This document shows, in pieces, positions 49,339-63,242 of a stretch of 64,000 bases of DNA. The DNA comes from Euprymna scolopes. Lineage: Eukaryota. The stretch lies in NCBI GenBank assembly GCA_053919585.1, contig CM132807.1; one strand, 5' to 3'. The notes beneath the pieces were generated by a model, which saw only the letters and a list, made by a program, of their open reading frames with translations, searched no databases and had not been told where the DNA came from. A program made the position numbers and the translations under genes. The number at the start of each line of letters is the position of its first letter. Positions within the stretch are counted from its first letter, which is position 1.

Positions 49339-51287
49339 TTTCAGTTAGAAACGCTTACTTGTTTCTTCTGGGTTTTTTTCAGACTCCGCCGCTGGTGTTG
49401 CTGTTGGCCGGAAAAAATGTACACGAAAAAGAAACATAAAACATCCAAACATGCGCAAGACAGTTCCTCGGTTAAACGTGAATTTAAGGTTCAAATTATA
49501 ATTTCAGTTAGAAACGCTTACTTATTTCTTCTGTTTTTGTTTCAAAATCCACCGCTGGTGTTTATGGTAGCCGGAAAAAATGTACACAAAAGAAAAACAT
49601 TTAAACATCCGAACAATCCCTCGTTTAACCGTAAATTTTTTGGTTCAAATTATAATTTCAGTTAGAAACGCTTATTTGTTTCGTCTGATATTATTTAAAA
49701 CTCTGGCGCTGGTGTTGCTGTTGGCCAGAAAAAAATCTACACAAAACAGAAAAATAAAACATCCAAACATGTGCAAAACAATTCCTCGCTTAGCCGTTAA
49801 TTTAAGGTTCAAATTATAATTTCAGTTAGAAACGCTTATTTGTTTCTTCTGCTATTTCCTTTTCAAATTCCGTCGCTTGTGTTGCTGTTGGCCGGAAATA
49901 ATGTATACAAAAATAGAAACATAAAACATCCGAACATGTGCAAAACAATTCCTCGCTTAGCCGTTAATTTAAGGTTCAAATTATAATTTCAGTTAGAAAC
50001 GCTTATTTGTTTCTTCTGCTATTTCCTTTTCAAATTCCGTCGCTTGTGTTGCTGTTGGCCGGAAATAATGTATACAAAAATAGAAACATAAAACATCCGA
50101 ACATGTGCAAAACAATTCCTCGCTTAGCCGTTAATTTAAGGTTCAAATTATAATTTCAGTTAGAAACGCTTATTTGTTTCTTCTGCTATTTCCTTTTCAA
50201 ATTCCGTCGCTTGTGTTGCTGTTGGCCGGAAATAATGTATACAAAAATAGAAACATAAAACATCCGAACATGTGCAAAGCAATTCCTCGCTTAGCCGTTA
50301 ATTTAAGGTTCAAATTATAATTTCAGTTAGAAACGCTTATTTGTTTCTTCTGCTATTTCCTTTTCAAATTCCGTCGCTTGTGTTGCTGTTGGCCGGAAAT
50401 AATGTATACAAAAATAGAAACATAAAACATCCGAACATGTGCAAAACAATTCCTCGCTTAGCCGTTAATTTAAGGTTCAAATTATAATTTCAGTTAGAAA
50501 CGCTTATTTGTTTCGTCTGATATTATTTAAAACTCTGGCGCTGGTGTTGCTGTTGGCCAGAAAAAAATCTACACAAAACAGAAACATAAAACATCCAAAC
50601 ATGTGCAAAACAATTCCTCGCTTAGCCGTTAATTTAAGGTTCAAATTATAATTTCAGTTAGAAACGCTTATTTGTTTCTTCTGCTATTTCCTTTTCAAAT
50701 TCCGTCGCTTGTGTTGCTGTTGGCCGGAAATAATGTATACAAAAATAGAAACATAAAACATCCGAACATGTGCAAAACAATTCCTCGCTTAGCCGTTAAT
50801 TTAAGGTTCAAATTATAATTTCAGTTAGAAACGCTTATTTGTTTCTTCTGCTATTTCCTTTTCAAATTCCGTCGCTTGTGTTGCTGTTGGCCGGAAATAA
50901 TGTATACAAAAATAGAAACATAAAACATCCGAACATGTGCAAAACAATTCCTCGCTTAGCCGTTAATTTAAGGTTCAAATTATAATTTCAGTTAGAAACG
51001 CTTATTTGTTTCTTCTGCTATTTCCTTTTCAAATTCTGTCGCTTGTGTTGCTGTTGGCCGGAAATAATGTATACAAAAATAGAAACATAAAACATCCGAA
51101 CATGTGCAAAACAATTCCTCGCTTAGCCGTTAATTTAAGGTTCAAATTATAATTTCAGTTAGAAACGCTTACTTATTTTTCTGAGTTTTTTTTTCAAACT
51201 CCGCCGCTAGTGTTGCTGGTAGCCAGAAAAAATATACACAAAAAACAGAAACATAAAACATCCGAATATTGGAAGACAATTCCTCGT

Positions 51288-51290
<3 letters not shown>
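49339..51290. repeat. 167-bp satellite, ~12 copies
   Basis: AAGGTTCAAA at 49804, 49971, 50138, 50305, 50472, 50636, 50803, 50970, 51137. A shorter variant occurs at units 3 and 8. Confidence 0.97.
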
Positions 51291-51367
<77 letters not shown>

Positions 51368-52809
51368 TTGATATTTTCACAGTTTTGCTGTGATGGATTT
51401 GATACAATCCATGTTTTTTTACCAATTAAGAAAAGCGAATAAAAGATAAATATGTCAAAAATAATTTACGATTTTGCATGTAGCATTTTTTTCTTTCTTA
51501 AGGATGAAAACAATATACATCTTGAGAAAAAGTTAATTACAGCTCTCTTTTATAATTAAAGTTCATCTTTTTCCATGGCAGAAAAAAGTCAAATCAAGTG
51601 TTTTTATCACAATATAGACTTTTTTAATTAGAGAACAACACAACGAAAAAAAACTGAGTAGTCACTTTTAAGTTAAAGTATTAACTTTTATATTTTTCAT
51701 TTATAACATTTTTCCGTTACAGAATTTTCTTTTGGTTTTGAATTTTTTTTTTTTTTACTTGGTGCGATCAATTGACATTTGGCGGCGCAAATTAACTAGT
51801 GATGCAGTTTTCCAATTTTTTGCGGTGAACTGAGATTTTAGCGCACTTTTCAAAATTGGTGTGGCAAAATGAGAGTGCTTCCTGGTACTCAAGACGTTTG
51901 TTCGACCAGTCTTCTTTTATCACGAAATCAGAAAACATACAATTATAAACTATTAAAGTTCCTGTGATAAACGCCAATTTTATTTAGAAATATTTTCTTC
52001 GATAAATGCGACAGCATTTAAAAATACCTTTATCGTTGATATTCGCTAAAATAGGTTTCCAACACAAATAAGCGCTCACTTGTTGATTCAAATAAGAAGT
52101 ACGAAACATTTAGGAAGTAACACTTCTTTTATTTATCGCAGTTTGCACAGGAATGTATTATCAATTCGGATGTATTAAATATTTCGGTTATCACTTTGCT
52201 GTTTTTGGTATAAAATGTGATAAAATGCATGATGATGTTTACACGAAAGGGGCGTAACTCGTATCGTGACTGATTGAGAATTCTTTGATCCATATATGTT
52301 TTTCAAAGTTTACTAAATAGATTTGCAGCATCGAACATAAAGGCCTAAATAAACAATTACAAATGCGTGCATTTTGTCTCAAAATGATTTTATTGCGATG
52401 GTTATTCTAATGCTCATTGCTATGTGCTTTTCAAAACTTTTTTTCAATGTAATGTGTTACAAAACCTTCTTCTCATTATTACTGTCCTCACGCTGATATG
52501 GATTATCTTGTTGAAGAAAAGAGAACATTGTGCATATTTACTAATATTTGAAAGGAAAAATCTCTTCTTAGAAAGTAATGAGGGTGATTCGTGACATACG
52601 AAGTAAAAAGCTATTTTTTAATATTATTAAGAATATACTTGCCAGTGTGGCGAGACAAGTATAAACATTTTATATTGATTTGTTGCTCTTCCGTCTTATT
52701 TGACACACAATAAATGTAAAACAGCTATCCACGTTAACTTTAAAACTTTTAATTAAAAAGCGTATGTTTCATATATATCTTATTTTAATCATGAATAATC
52801 CAAAATAGG

Positions 52810-53518
52810 TTTATTGGTTCCCCGACAAAAGAAGGGTTGATCTGTAAATTCACACTTGTCTGTTCGTCTGTCCGCACTTTTCTCAATAACTACGCCTTGG
52901 AATTTTTTTTAACTTTGAACAAACATTAAACATGATATGAGTAAAAAATAACAGAACGGATTTGTTGGGGAAAATCCGGTTGCTCTCGTAGGGGCGCCTT
53001 TCGGGTTAAATGGCTAAATTTTGTGCTTATTAAAAAAAGAATATGCCTTGGATTTTTAAAAACTTTCTGAAAAGTTGTAACTAACTGATGTATATAAAAT
53101 TTTGTTTTTCTATACTTCGCGATAACTCTTGGGTGTTCCCAGGGGCTCTTTTGGAGCTAATAAAACACTCCCTTTTTGGAACTATTTTACTATATTTGTC
53201 CAAATATTTCTGTGTATGTCGATTTAGCTGTTTTGCATGGTGCTGAACTTAAATTTAAATACGTTAAGACCTTGGAGAATTTGGGCGCTAAATGGTGGGG
53301 GCGGCAAATGATGGACTTAGTCATTTCTTTTTTTTTGCGTTGTGCGAAACTCAAATTTACATATGCTAATGCCTAAAACTGCACTGTTTGTTCATTTTCA
53401 CCGAGATTTGGCGTTCCCTGGGGATTTTTGAGGCTAAATGGTGGGAAGTGACAGATGCGGAACGTTTTATGCCTCGTTCACTTTGCACTCACGAGGGGCC
53501 ATGCATGCTTCACTTGTT
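52810..53518 (+). mobile_element. Helentron-associated (HINE/DINE-1-like) element
   Basis: 5' TTATTGGTTCCCCG, GTCTGTTCGTCTGTCCG tract, 3' GGGGCCA..CTTGTT, T-rich flanks. Confidence 0.65.
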
Positions 53519-53774
53519 TTATTTGATACTTCAAATTCAGCAACTTCTACTTGTTAATCGAAACACGGGGACTACAATAAAAATACTTGTATCACATAGA
53601 ATCACGTTAATATATTTCATTTTCAAAAGGCTATTCCCGATCATATTATTGTTTAAAGATTATCTCGCGAAATCACCCAAGTATCTGAATATATTGAAAT
53701 TGATGATTAACAGCTCCGTTGAATAATGTGTGTAAAACAGTACTTTACAACACAATTTGATCAGCTTTAATAAA

Positions 53775-53842
<68 letters not shown>

Positions 53843-55005
53843 AAATATGTTAAAATATTTTCATGCAATATGATTTGAAATTTTCATTTTACTTTTCTGC
53901 TGGTAAATATTAATTTTGTTTCTATTGGACTTTGTGAATGTTATTATCCATCATCATTATCATCAAATTGATAATACATATATTTTTATTTAAATACTTT
54001 GATCTGAATTATATTTTTTCGTAGTATATTTGATATTTAATTAATGTAACAAAGTTTCTTTCTTATTCAAATATTAAGTGCTAGGGATAATATTTATGAC
54101 ATGGTTATTGTTTGGATAAGCAGTACAATATGCTTCTCTTGTTTCAGCGAAAATAAAAGTCATGTTCATATTCCTTTAAAAGGTATGAATGATACGTTTT
54201 TGCAATACTGATAAAAATACTGACAAAGGAAACACGCAATGGCCTTTTTTTTCAAATAATGCCTCAAAGTAAAAGCCCTAATTATTTGTACAACATTTTT
54301 CTTTATATAATAAATAATAAATAATGAATAATATATAATAAATAATAAATATTTACATAAGAAATGTTCAATTGAACAAACGCAACTTCAACGAGAAAAT
54401 TACGGCAGCACTTACAAGAGTTTTTTCACTAATTTTGTTCTTGTTAAATTCCTAGAAAAACATTTTTGCTGAAAAACCACTAGCTGCTTAATATTCGAAT
54501 TTTCAATAATGCCCTTGAAAAGCTGATTGAGAATTTATTTTGTAGTAATAGTTTAAACTCGATTCTAACATTTTCAACACATTTTGTGTCATTAGTATTG
54601 TTTAAAATTTGTAGAAATGTTTATAAAATCTAAAAATGCTTCGATTCCTTTTTATATTAAATAAAATCCTCTATTAACAATCGTAACATAATATTTTTAA
54701 CGCATTCAATAAACACCGATCGGATATTCTACTACTGATAAGGTTCATAGTTGAAATCTCTTGATCTTTATTTTCAGCTAATGCAAGAATTAATCAAAGT
54801 ATTAACAGATTTTACATTAAATAGAATTACATAATTACTTTTCATAAACAATGTTTGTAACTTATGAAATCGAAAAAGTTTCTTCTCGCGTTAAAATATG
54901 AATATTCACCTTGTATAAATATTAATTAGTTATTATTTTAAATATATTTCACTATGTAATAGATCGTGGCTCACTACACTTGATAACGCCTATAATATGA
55001 GAGAT

Positions 55006-55071
<66 letters not shown>

Positions 55072-55214
55072 GTGCTGGCATGTAATTTCTCATAATACAA
55101 TAATCGTAGAGGAATTAGAAACATTTCATGGGGATAATATACTTTATCTAATAAATATCAAATAGATAACACTTTGCGTTTTACGTTTTATTTTTGCGAA
55201 TATTTTTACTGTCA

Positions 55215-55427
55215 GTAATTAATAGAGCTAGGACAACAGCATATTCTTTTCATTGTTTTGACTCTCGAGTGTGTATCTGTTGATATCATGTATATGAAAC
55301 ATGTAAAATGTTTCATATACATGAATGTGGTTCTTGGTTGATTAACTGTGTCTATCTGTGACGGATATATACTAGAGAGTAAAAAAAGTGAAAAGAATGT
55401 GTTGTTGTCATATCCCTAGTAATTAAG
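55215..55427. mobile_element. ~210-bp palindromic MITE
   Basis: Outer arms 55232-55280 / 55361-55409. Perfect 17-bp inner arms 55286-55302 / 55308-55324. Confidence 0.75.
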
Positions 55428-55551
55428 AAGGTTTACATGTATACTTTTATGTAAAGTCAACATACTAATGAATATAGTATTTTCTTATTTTCATTATTGA
55501 AATTAAGAGTGCTAGTAGTTTGTATATATATATAAATTCCACAGCCAAATA

Positions 55552-55623
<72 letters not shown>

Positions 55624-55961
55624 CACGTTATAAACCCTCACAATTAATCTAAGAATACGCAATGGTGTGTGGTCTTTATGTTTTACATTCAATGCGGAGG
55701 TGCATACTCTCTACTCGGTGTTATCAAATATGTACTCACTATATCTGTTCGAATATCCAATTTACAGATTTAAAAATAAACTTTTAAACATCGTAGACAT
55801 GAAGAAAAATCAATATAATCTGTGTGCCTACATCAGTTTCATTATTCAGACATCTTATTGACATCGAGAAATTTCAGTACTGTCTCCCGTGAGTTAGAAT
55901 CTTACACATAAATTTTCATATGATAAAATAAAGCTATTGAAGAATAAAGAGACTTGCTCTT

Positions 55962-56285
55962 TCATAATATGAGAAAAAAACATCGACGCATATCATATGA
56001 GAAAAATATCTTCATAAATAAACACAAAAAGGATATGATTAACAAGGAAATATTTTTTAATGTATAGAATATTAGCAAATGTTTAGAAAATGAGGCTTTT
56101 AAACCGACGATCGAAGATATCTCACATATAAGAAAGATACTTGCCAATGCAATAAATAAGTCTTTTTTTATTTCAGTTTGTGATATTTTTAAAAGTCTAA
56201 CACCCACTTGTCTATTTGTTTTAAATTTAATATTCTGTGGTGAATTATAAAAGCATAGTTATATAATAAAGTAGACCATGTTTTA
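55962..56285 (-). pseudogene. Possible GPCR TM5-TM7 pseudogene fragment
   Basis: EIKKDLFIALASIFLICEISSIV (TM6-like), LCLFMKIFFSYDMRRCF (TM7/helix 8-like). Confidence 0.4.
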
Positions 56286-56601
56286 CTACGTTCTGGCACA
56301 AACATGTTTATGTTTACGTGTTTTATAGTTCATTGAACTCTATGAAACATAAACATGGGTATGTTACAAGATGACGACATGGACTTTGTAAAAAATATAT
56401 ATCGTGTTTGCCTCGCAATCAAATGAATAGATTACATTACGTGTTGCATTCTATTCAAGCTTTTATGTAAATATTCTGTGAATAAATCAGAAGTACTTTA
56501 TAATCACGTATATGATTTGTTTATTTCTTTTGTATCAGCATATAAAGAAAACCTGCTATGGTATGATCTATTTCTAATATGATCAAACTATTATTATGTA
56601 T

Positions 56602-56667
<66 letters not shown>

Positions 56668-56668
<1 letters not shown>

Positions 56669-57533
56669 TAGCATTTCAGCCCGGCTTTGGCCGAGTGTTT
56701 GGACGTGTATGCTGAGCAAAAACAAAAAAAGTGTCATTTTTTAACTTTGACCCCTATTATGAATCCTTAACATTTATTGTTTTGGGTTCAAATCAAGTTA
56801 TTAAATTAGATCCATGTCCAAGGAACCTATATCTAAATTTTCAAGTGTTTAGACCCAAAATTGTCGGAGGAGTTTGGTAGAGTTCTCAAAGGTCAAATCG
56901 TTAAACTTTGACCCTTTAACAGCGAAATTTCTGGCCGAAAATCGATCACGCAGATTTTCCCAAATCTCAGCACCCTGTACATCCAATTTCGAGTCTATAG
57001 ACCTAAAATTGACACCGTTATTGCGTAGNNNNNNNNNNNNNNNNNNNNNNNNNNNNNNNNNNNNNNNNNNNNNNNNNNNNNNNNNNNNNNNNNNNNNNNN
57101 NNNNNNNNNNNNNNNNNNNNNNNNNNNNNNNNNNNNNNNNNNNNNNNNNNNNNNNNNNNNNNNNNNNNNNNNNNNNNNNNNNNNNNNCAAAAATATATAC
57201 GTATACATAAACATATATGGAAACAATTTTTTGTTTACTGTAAAGATTTTACAAAAATATTATGCAAGTATAAATCATGTAGAATATCTGCATGAATATA
57301 ATTACACGTCATAGTTAACTCTAGATGATCATTCCATAAGAAAACCGAAAAATCTAATGGGGAATTAATTAAAATGAATGTTTAAAAGAATATGCAAATT
57401 AGCTAGATCTTTTGCAGATGAATTCAATTCCATGACCCCTATATAAGAAAATTGTATTTTCTTCTTAAATAAATAGAAAAGAAGGGTTTTAATATTGATA
57501 TCAGTATACACAAAAGAAAAACGAATTCGTAGC

Positions 57534-57535
<2 letters not shown>
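56668..57535 (-). mobile_element. Non-autonomous Helitron, homologue of 62075-63242, with an internal gap
   Basis: CTAG at 56668-56671 plus hairpin. Both sides of the gap align to 62075-63242. Confidence 0.88.
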
Positions 57536-57585
<50 letters not shown>

Positions 57586-60122
57586 CTCACGATACCACAT
57601 GATTTTTATGGGATTTAAATCTTTTCGAGCAAATATGAGAATTGTAAAAATTTAAAAAGCTTCTGAATTTCAATAAGATATTACGCAACGTTTTGTTTTT
57701 ATTCCAAGATTCTCAGAATGATTGCATTGAATAAAGCAGAAGTACAATATGTGAAAATATACTTGTTAAAAGGATGGCTTTGTTCTATTTCAGAACAAAA
57801 AAAGTCGTTAGCATTTCAAAATGTGTATAACGTTGTGGAGTGTGATTTGTCAACGTCAATAAGATGTTTAGATATTTAAAAATATATGATGCAATTTATC
57901 ATGTTCTTAGAATAAATATAACTGCTATAATTTAAATGTGGATGTTTAATTGAGATGAAATGAGTGTATGTTCTTTTTAAATTATTGACTGATTATATTA
58001 ATTATTATGATTATTAATTATTATAGGTAATATTTTATTGTGTAAGTGGTTTGAATTTGAGTTTTTTTCTTTTAATATGATTTTACTTATTAAAGGTGAT
58101 AAATTATAGCAACCTCCGCGCTGTTTAATTGTGCTTTATTTTGCGATTCAAGAACTGATTCAAGAACTGTTTGTTGAGTAACGCATTCAGGGGATTGCAT
58201 TTTTTATATCTCTTTTATATGAATTAAGCCTTTTCTCTTATTTGCTTTACACCAACTTTATATAATGACAATTATAGCATGAGAAATAATATATGCCTGC
58301 ATTATATATGAGTTTGTTCTAGAAATGTTTTGTTGTGTTTATGCTTGTTTTATAGTTTGAGATGTTGTTTGTATTATTGAAATCCCTAGTTGATTTACTG
58401 TTGCAAATTATTGTATTATTTACATGAATAGGAAAAAATGGCTCTTCATGAGAAAATTATTTGGTGCATATGATTTTTGATTATTACTTCTGGAAAATAT
58501 TTGTGTGGCTTAATCCTTGCACTTAACACAAAATATACGGAGTATTGCAATGTTTTCAAAGTTTTTGTGAGGTTTCTGAATACTTCGTCCAGATATACAA
58601 GACTACAAATTCATATGCGAAAGAAACCGATTATCATGCTTTTTTATTTTATTGATATGGTGGGGGTAGAAATGCATAGAATCATTTCCGTGTGAACTTT
58701 GAAAGGGCCCCTAGAAACTTCCCGAGCTTATTTAAAGCGCTTTATAAGTTTTGTACACTTATTTAAATTCTTTCGGACTCGGTACAGCAATGAACAAATC
58801 AAAGAAATAAACAAACTATCTCGTTAGAGGAGCAAAATAAGATCTATAAAACTATCGATTCGTTTTATTCGCGCTTTGAAGAAAACGTCTCTCCATTTTA
58901 TATTAACAAAAGAATTATCTCTGCTAAGGCTAGCCTCAAAATTAGACGGGCTTTCACGATGAAATCAAATTATGCAGACAACGTGTCTGTTATATTAACT
59001 TTAAGACTGTCTCATTTTCTCGAATTAAAAGTTTTTGTAGCTTTTATGACTTCTTCCGATTATCAAAGTATTTGGCAAACCGAGAGGAATTTTCTGAACA
59101 ACATATTTCTATTAAACTAAAAAAAACAATTGTATTTACTTGTTTGGTGCTGAAGGCAAGAATATGTTTAATTATTCAAATCTTGTCCTTTCATAAGTTG
59201 AGACTGCAGTGTTGTCTAAGGGCTTGAATTCGTGTGTTCCTCCGACTCGTATAGACAAAGACAAAACACTTGCAGCATTTGCAGTTTTATTTTCTCAACT
59301 TAAGCACCACGATCCTCTTACACCTGAACATGTAACCACTGTGAAGGCCAGTTTGAAGGACTTGGCTTTTCGTTACTCAAATTCAAACATTGACTCTGAA
59401 GATTTTGTTTGGTCCAGCATACACTTTAAAACCATTAAAACACTTATATCTAACAAAGATATTTATATTTGTAGACCTGACAAAGGTGCTGGTGTGGTTA
59501 TCTTGGACCGAACGGACTATGTCCAGAAAATGTCAATTATTTTAAATGATAAATTCCTTTATATTGGTCCTGCCGATATACACGATAGCACCTATAAAAA
59601 TGAAGTCAAAATCCAGAAACGTCTTTTATACCTATACAAAAAAGGTTATTTTACAAAAAAAATAAAACCGTCTGGCTCTCTGGTACCTAGACTGTATGGC
59701 TTTCCTAAAATCCACAAAGAAGGTATTCCGCTTAGACCTAATGGTTTGTAACCATTATAGAATCGGTTCAGCCTTTATACACTAAACAATGTATTAGTGA
59801 CTCATTTAGATTAGTTGATTACTTACACGAATTGCAACCCGGTCTTAAGAACATATTTATGTGTTCTTTCGACGTATCCAGTTTATTTATTAATGTCCCA
59901 CTACAAGAGACTATAGATATTTGTGCTGACTCCCTTTACAGCAGTGATTTAAACCTCCTCTCACCCTTGCCTAGAGATATATTTGTTGAACTCCTATTAA
60001 TCTGTACTAAAGCTATAGAATTCAGTTTTGATAACATCATGTATAGTCCGATTGATGGGGTTCAGATGGGAAGTCCCCTGGGCCCGGCATTAGCCGACAG
60101 TTTTGTGGAATATTATGAGTAT

Positions 60123-60563
60123 TGTTGGGGATAGGATGGTCTACTGTGTGATAGAAAACCCCGTCCCCATATGTGTAATGGTTGATGTATTTAATGGTAG
60201 AAGAATTGAAAAAACAAAAGGTCGCATAATGAAGACGAAAACATGCCGTTATATATCAGCGAAAGAAATGCAATTTATTTACATAAATATACAGGAAGAA
60301 TATTAATAAAGAGATAGAAAGAATGAGAGTTCGTTGAGAGATGAGTAACGTTACTTGCGGTTGATAGCTGCAAAAGGCTGACTGGCTGGTCAGGAGCGCG
60401 GTGATGGCCCATTGCCACCGGACCGGTGTTTGTTACATCTTGACTGTTGAAGGTCCAGCACGAAAGAGAAAGAAATATGGGGAACAGGAAGTGACGTAGC
60501 TTGGTCGCTCTTCTGAGTTAAAGGGCGACAGTCGAGTTAGGCTGGGAGTTTTCAACTCCCACA
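60123..60563. mobile_element. 441-bp solo LTR inserted in the Penelope RT
   Basis: TGT..ACA termini, TSD GTAT/GTCT. Removal restores FVEYYESALF..RYVDD. Confidence 0.82.
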
Positions 60564-61765
60564 GTCTGCACTATTTAACAGTATATCGAAATCATCGATA
60601 TACTTTAGATACGTCGACGACACCGTTGCAACTTTTGCATCAGAAAACGAGGTATTAGCTTTCTTTGATAAACTTAATTCCCCCATAAATCATTAACATT
60701 TACTATGGAGAATGAGAATGACGGTTGCTTGCCCTTTCCTGACGTTTTAATTGAACGTGATAAGAACTCTTTTCTTACGACTGTTTATCGTAAGCCGACA
60801 TTTACCGGCGTCTAAAAAAATTGGCATTCATTCATCCCTACTTCAAGAAAAATTGGGATCATTCAGACATTAGTGTATAGAGCCCTTAGAATCTGTTCTT
60901 TTAGTAAACTGGATTGTGAATTAAAGAAGATTAAAGACATTTTTATTCACAATGGTTATCCGGAGAAATTGGTTAATATTATTTATAATAAAGTTAAAGC
61001 TCACAATTCTCCTACAGTGTCCTGTTTATTTAAAAATCCCTTGGATTGGTGACCCTTGTAGACGTGTTATCAATCTCTATCAAATTGTTTCCCATCTGTT
61101 GCTCTTCGCTTGATTTATTGTGTTAAGTCTGCATTGCCTTCAGGTGTGAAGGATGGTTTAACCTACATCATAAAAAGTAATGTGATTTATCAATTCAACT
61201 GTCAGTGTGATGTTGTCTATGTAGGTCGAACTCGTTTAAATTTGCAGACAAGAATAAACCATGTTCAAGCAAGCATCAGATGAGGTAAGCCTCGTCACCC
61301 CTCGTTCACTTTGGAATCTGCTATTGGTCAGCACCTCGCTGAAAATCCAGGGTGTGCCAATGCATATAAAATGGACTGGTTTAGGATTTTACACCGGGCT
61401 GACTGTTCGAATCACCTGAGGATTCTGGAGTCAGTCTTTATCCTTTCACGCAGGTCCTCTCTCTCTCGACAGAAGGAATTCGTAAAATCTTTGGACTTAT
61501 TTGGGATGTACTTTTAACGTTAACTTCCCCACATATCCCATTTTGTACATATATATTTTATACAATTGTATATATACTACAACGTATAATTTACTCGTAT
61601 TTTTTACTCGTAACCCCATTCGCCTTCATTTAATTTATATATATATATATATATATATAATGTTTTTTCATTCTATCCATTCATTATAATTTTATAAATA
61701 CCCCACACTTAAGTCTTCGCTCTTGCGTGACATTTGTTTTACATTCGATAGAAATTCAACGATTC

Positions 61766-61804
61766 ACTCCTGATGAGCTTGTTGATGAAAGGGACCCCTA
61801 GAGT
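61766..61804 (+). ncRNA. Minimal type I hammerhead ribozyme in the Penelope 3' repeat
   Basis: ACTC-CTGATGA-GCTTGTTGAT-GAAA-GGGACCCC-TA-GAGT. Stem II is weak. Confidence 0.72.
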
Positions 61805-62010
61805 CTTCCCGACCTTATTTAAAGCGCAATATATTTGTGTGTGAATATTACTCTCTTATGCCTCATTTTTGTATGCATATACCCTAGTTATCCAACTCTT
61901 CCCGTTTTAACTAAATTTTCAACTTAGTTATTTATTTCTTTATCTCTTTTAATTTACCTTTTTGTTTCTTTATTTTATTTATTATTGTTTATTATTGTTG
62001 TTTATTATTG

Positions 62011-62074
<64 letters not shown>

Positions 62075-62075
<1 letters not shown>

Positions 62076-63242
62076 TAGCATTTCAGCCCGGCGTTGCTCG
62101 GGTGTTTGGGGGTGTATATTGAGAAAAAAAAGCGGTCAATTTTTTTAACTTTGACCTTTATTATGACCCCTAACATTTATTATTTTGAGTTTAAATCGAG
62201 TGATTAAGTTAGATCCATTTCTAAGGAAACTATATCCCAAATTTCAAGTGTTTGGACCCAAAATTGTCGGAGGAGTTTGGTAGAGTTTTAAAAGATCAAA
62301 TCCTTGAACTTTGACCCCTTAATTGCGAAATTTCTAGCCAAAAACGGATCACATCGATTTTCCCAAACCTCAGTACCCTGTATATCAAATTTCGAGTGTG
62401 TAGACTAAAAATAGACAGAGATATTGCGTAGGGAAATGTACACAGACACACACACACACGCACACAGATATGTTCATTTTTATAGATAGATAGATAGATA
62501 GATAGATGGATAGATAGATAGATAGATTTGATGCAATATATAGTAATGATTTAAAAATTATTAAAAAAAAAAGACTCATGCGCCACCACCGAAAATCGAA
62601 ACTAAAACGTTCAGCTTACAATTTATTTTGTCTCTGCCGTCAATCACTGGTCTATGAAAACATGTTTACTGCAAGGCTAAAAATTAAAACATGAACTAAT
62701 AGCTACTACGTTATGCGTTCGCCTTCACCTGGCAAATTTATTTTTTTTTAATTTCACACTTTTGCACCGATTTTTCCGGGCTAAAAACCAAATATAAAGT
62801 TTTGTATGAATTCAAATACCTTATATATGAAGTTTCATATCTGTAGAGCAAAATGTCTAGGAGGGGTTTGGTAGGCAAAATTTGTTAAACAACTATATAT
62901 ACGTATACATAAATATATATGGAAATAATTTTGTGTTTACTATAAACTTTTTACGCAAATATTATGCAAGTATGAATCATGTAGAATATCTGCATAATTA
63001 TAATTACACGTAATAGTTAACTAAATATGATTATCCCATAAGAAAACCGAAGCAACTAATAGGGAATTAATTAAAATGAATGTTTAAAAGAATATGCAAA
63101 TAAGCTAGATCTTTTGTTAGTGAATGCAATTCCACACCCCATATATAAGGAAATTGTATTTTCGTTGTAAATAAATAGAAAAAGAATTTTTAGTATGAAT
63201 ATCAATACGCACAAAAGACAAACGAATTCATAGGAGTATAGA
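62075..63242 (-). mobile_element. Complete compound non-autonomous Helitron
   Basis: 5' A|TCTATACT at 63242, internal second 5' end at ~62526, hairpin 62087-62102, CTAG|T at 62075. Confidence 0.88.

Larger units (their letters stand above)
58686..61827 (+). mobile_element. Penelope-like retroelement (Poseidon/Penelope-type), decayed
   Basis: RPDKGAGVV, PRLYGFPKIHK, SFDVSSLF, MGSPLGP, RYVDD, NVIYQFNCQCDVVYVGRT. Terminal repeat 58701-58740 / 61787-61827. Confidence 0.93.

Noticed and set aside
52110-52700. Additional + strand GPCR remnant (IAVCTG/NVLSI)
   Set aside because: It needs a frameshift and has no convincing downstream motifs.
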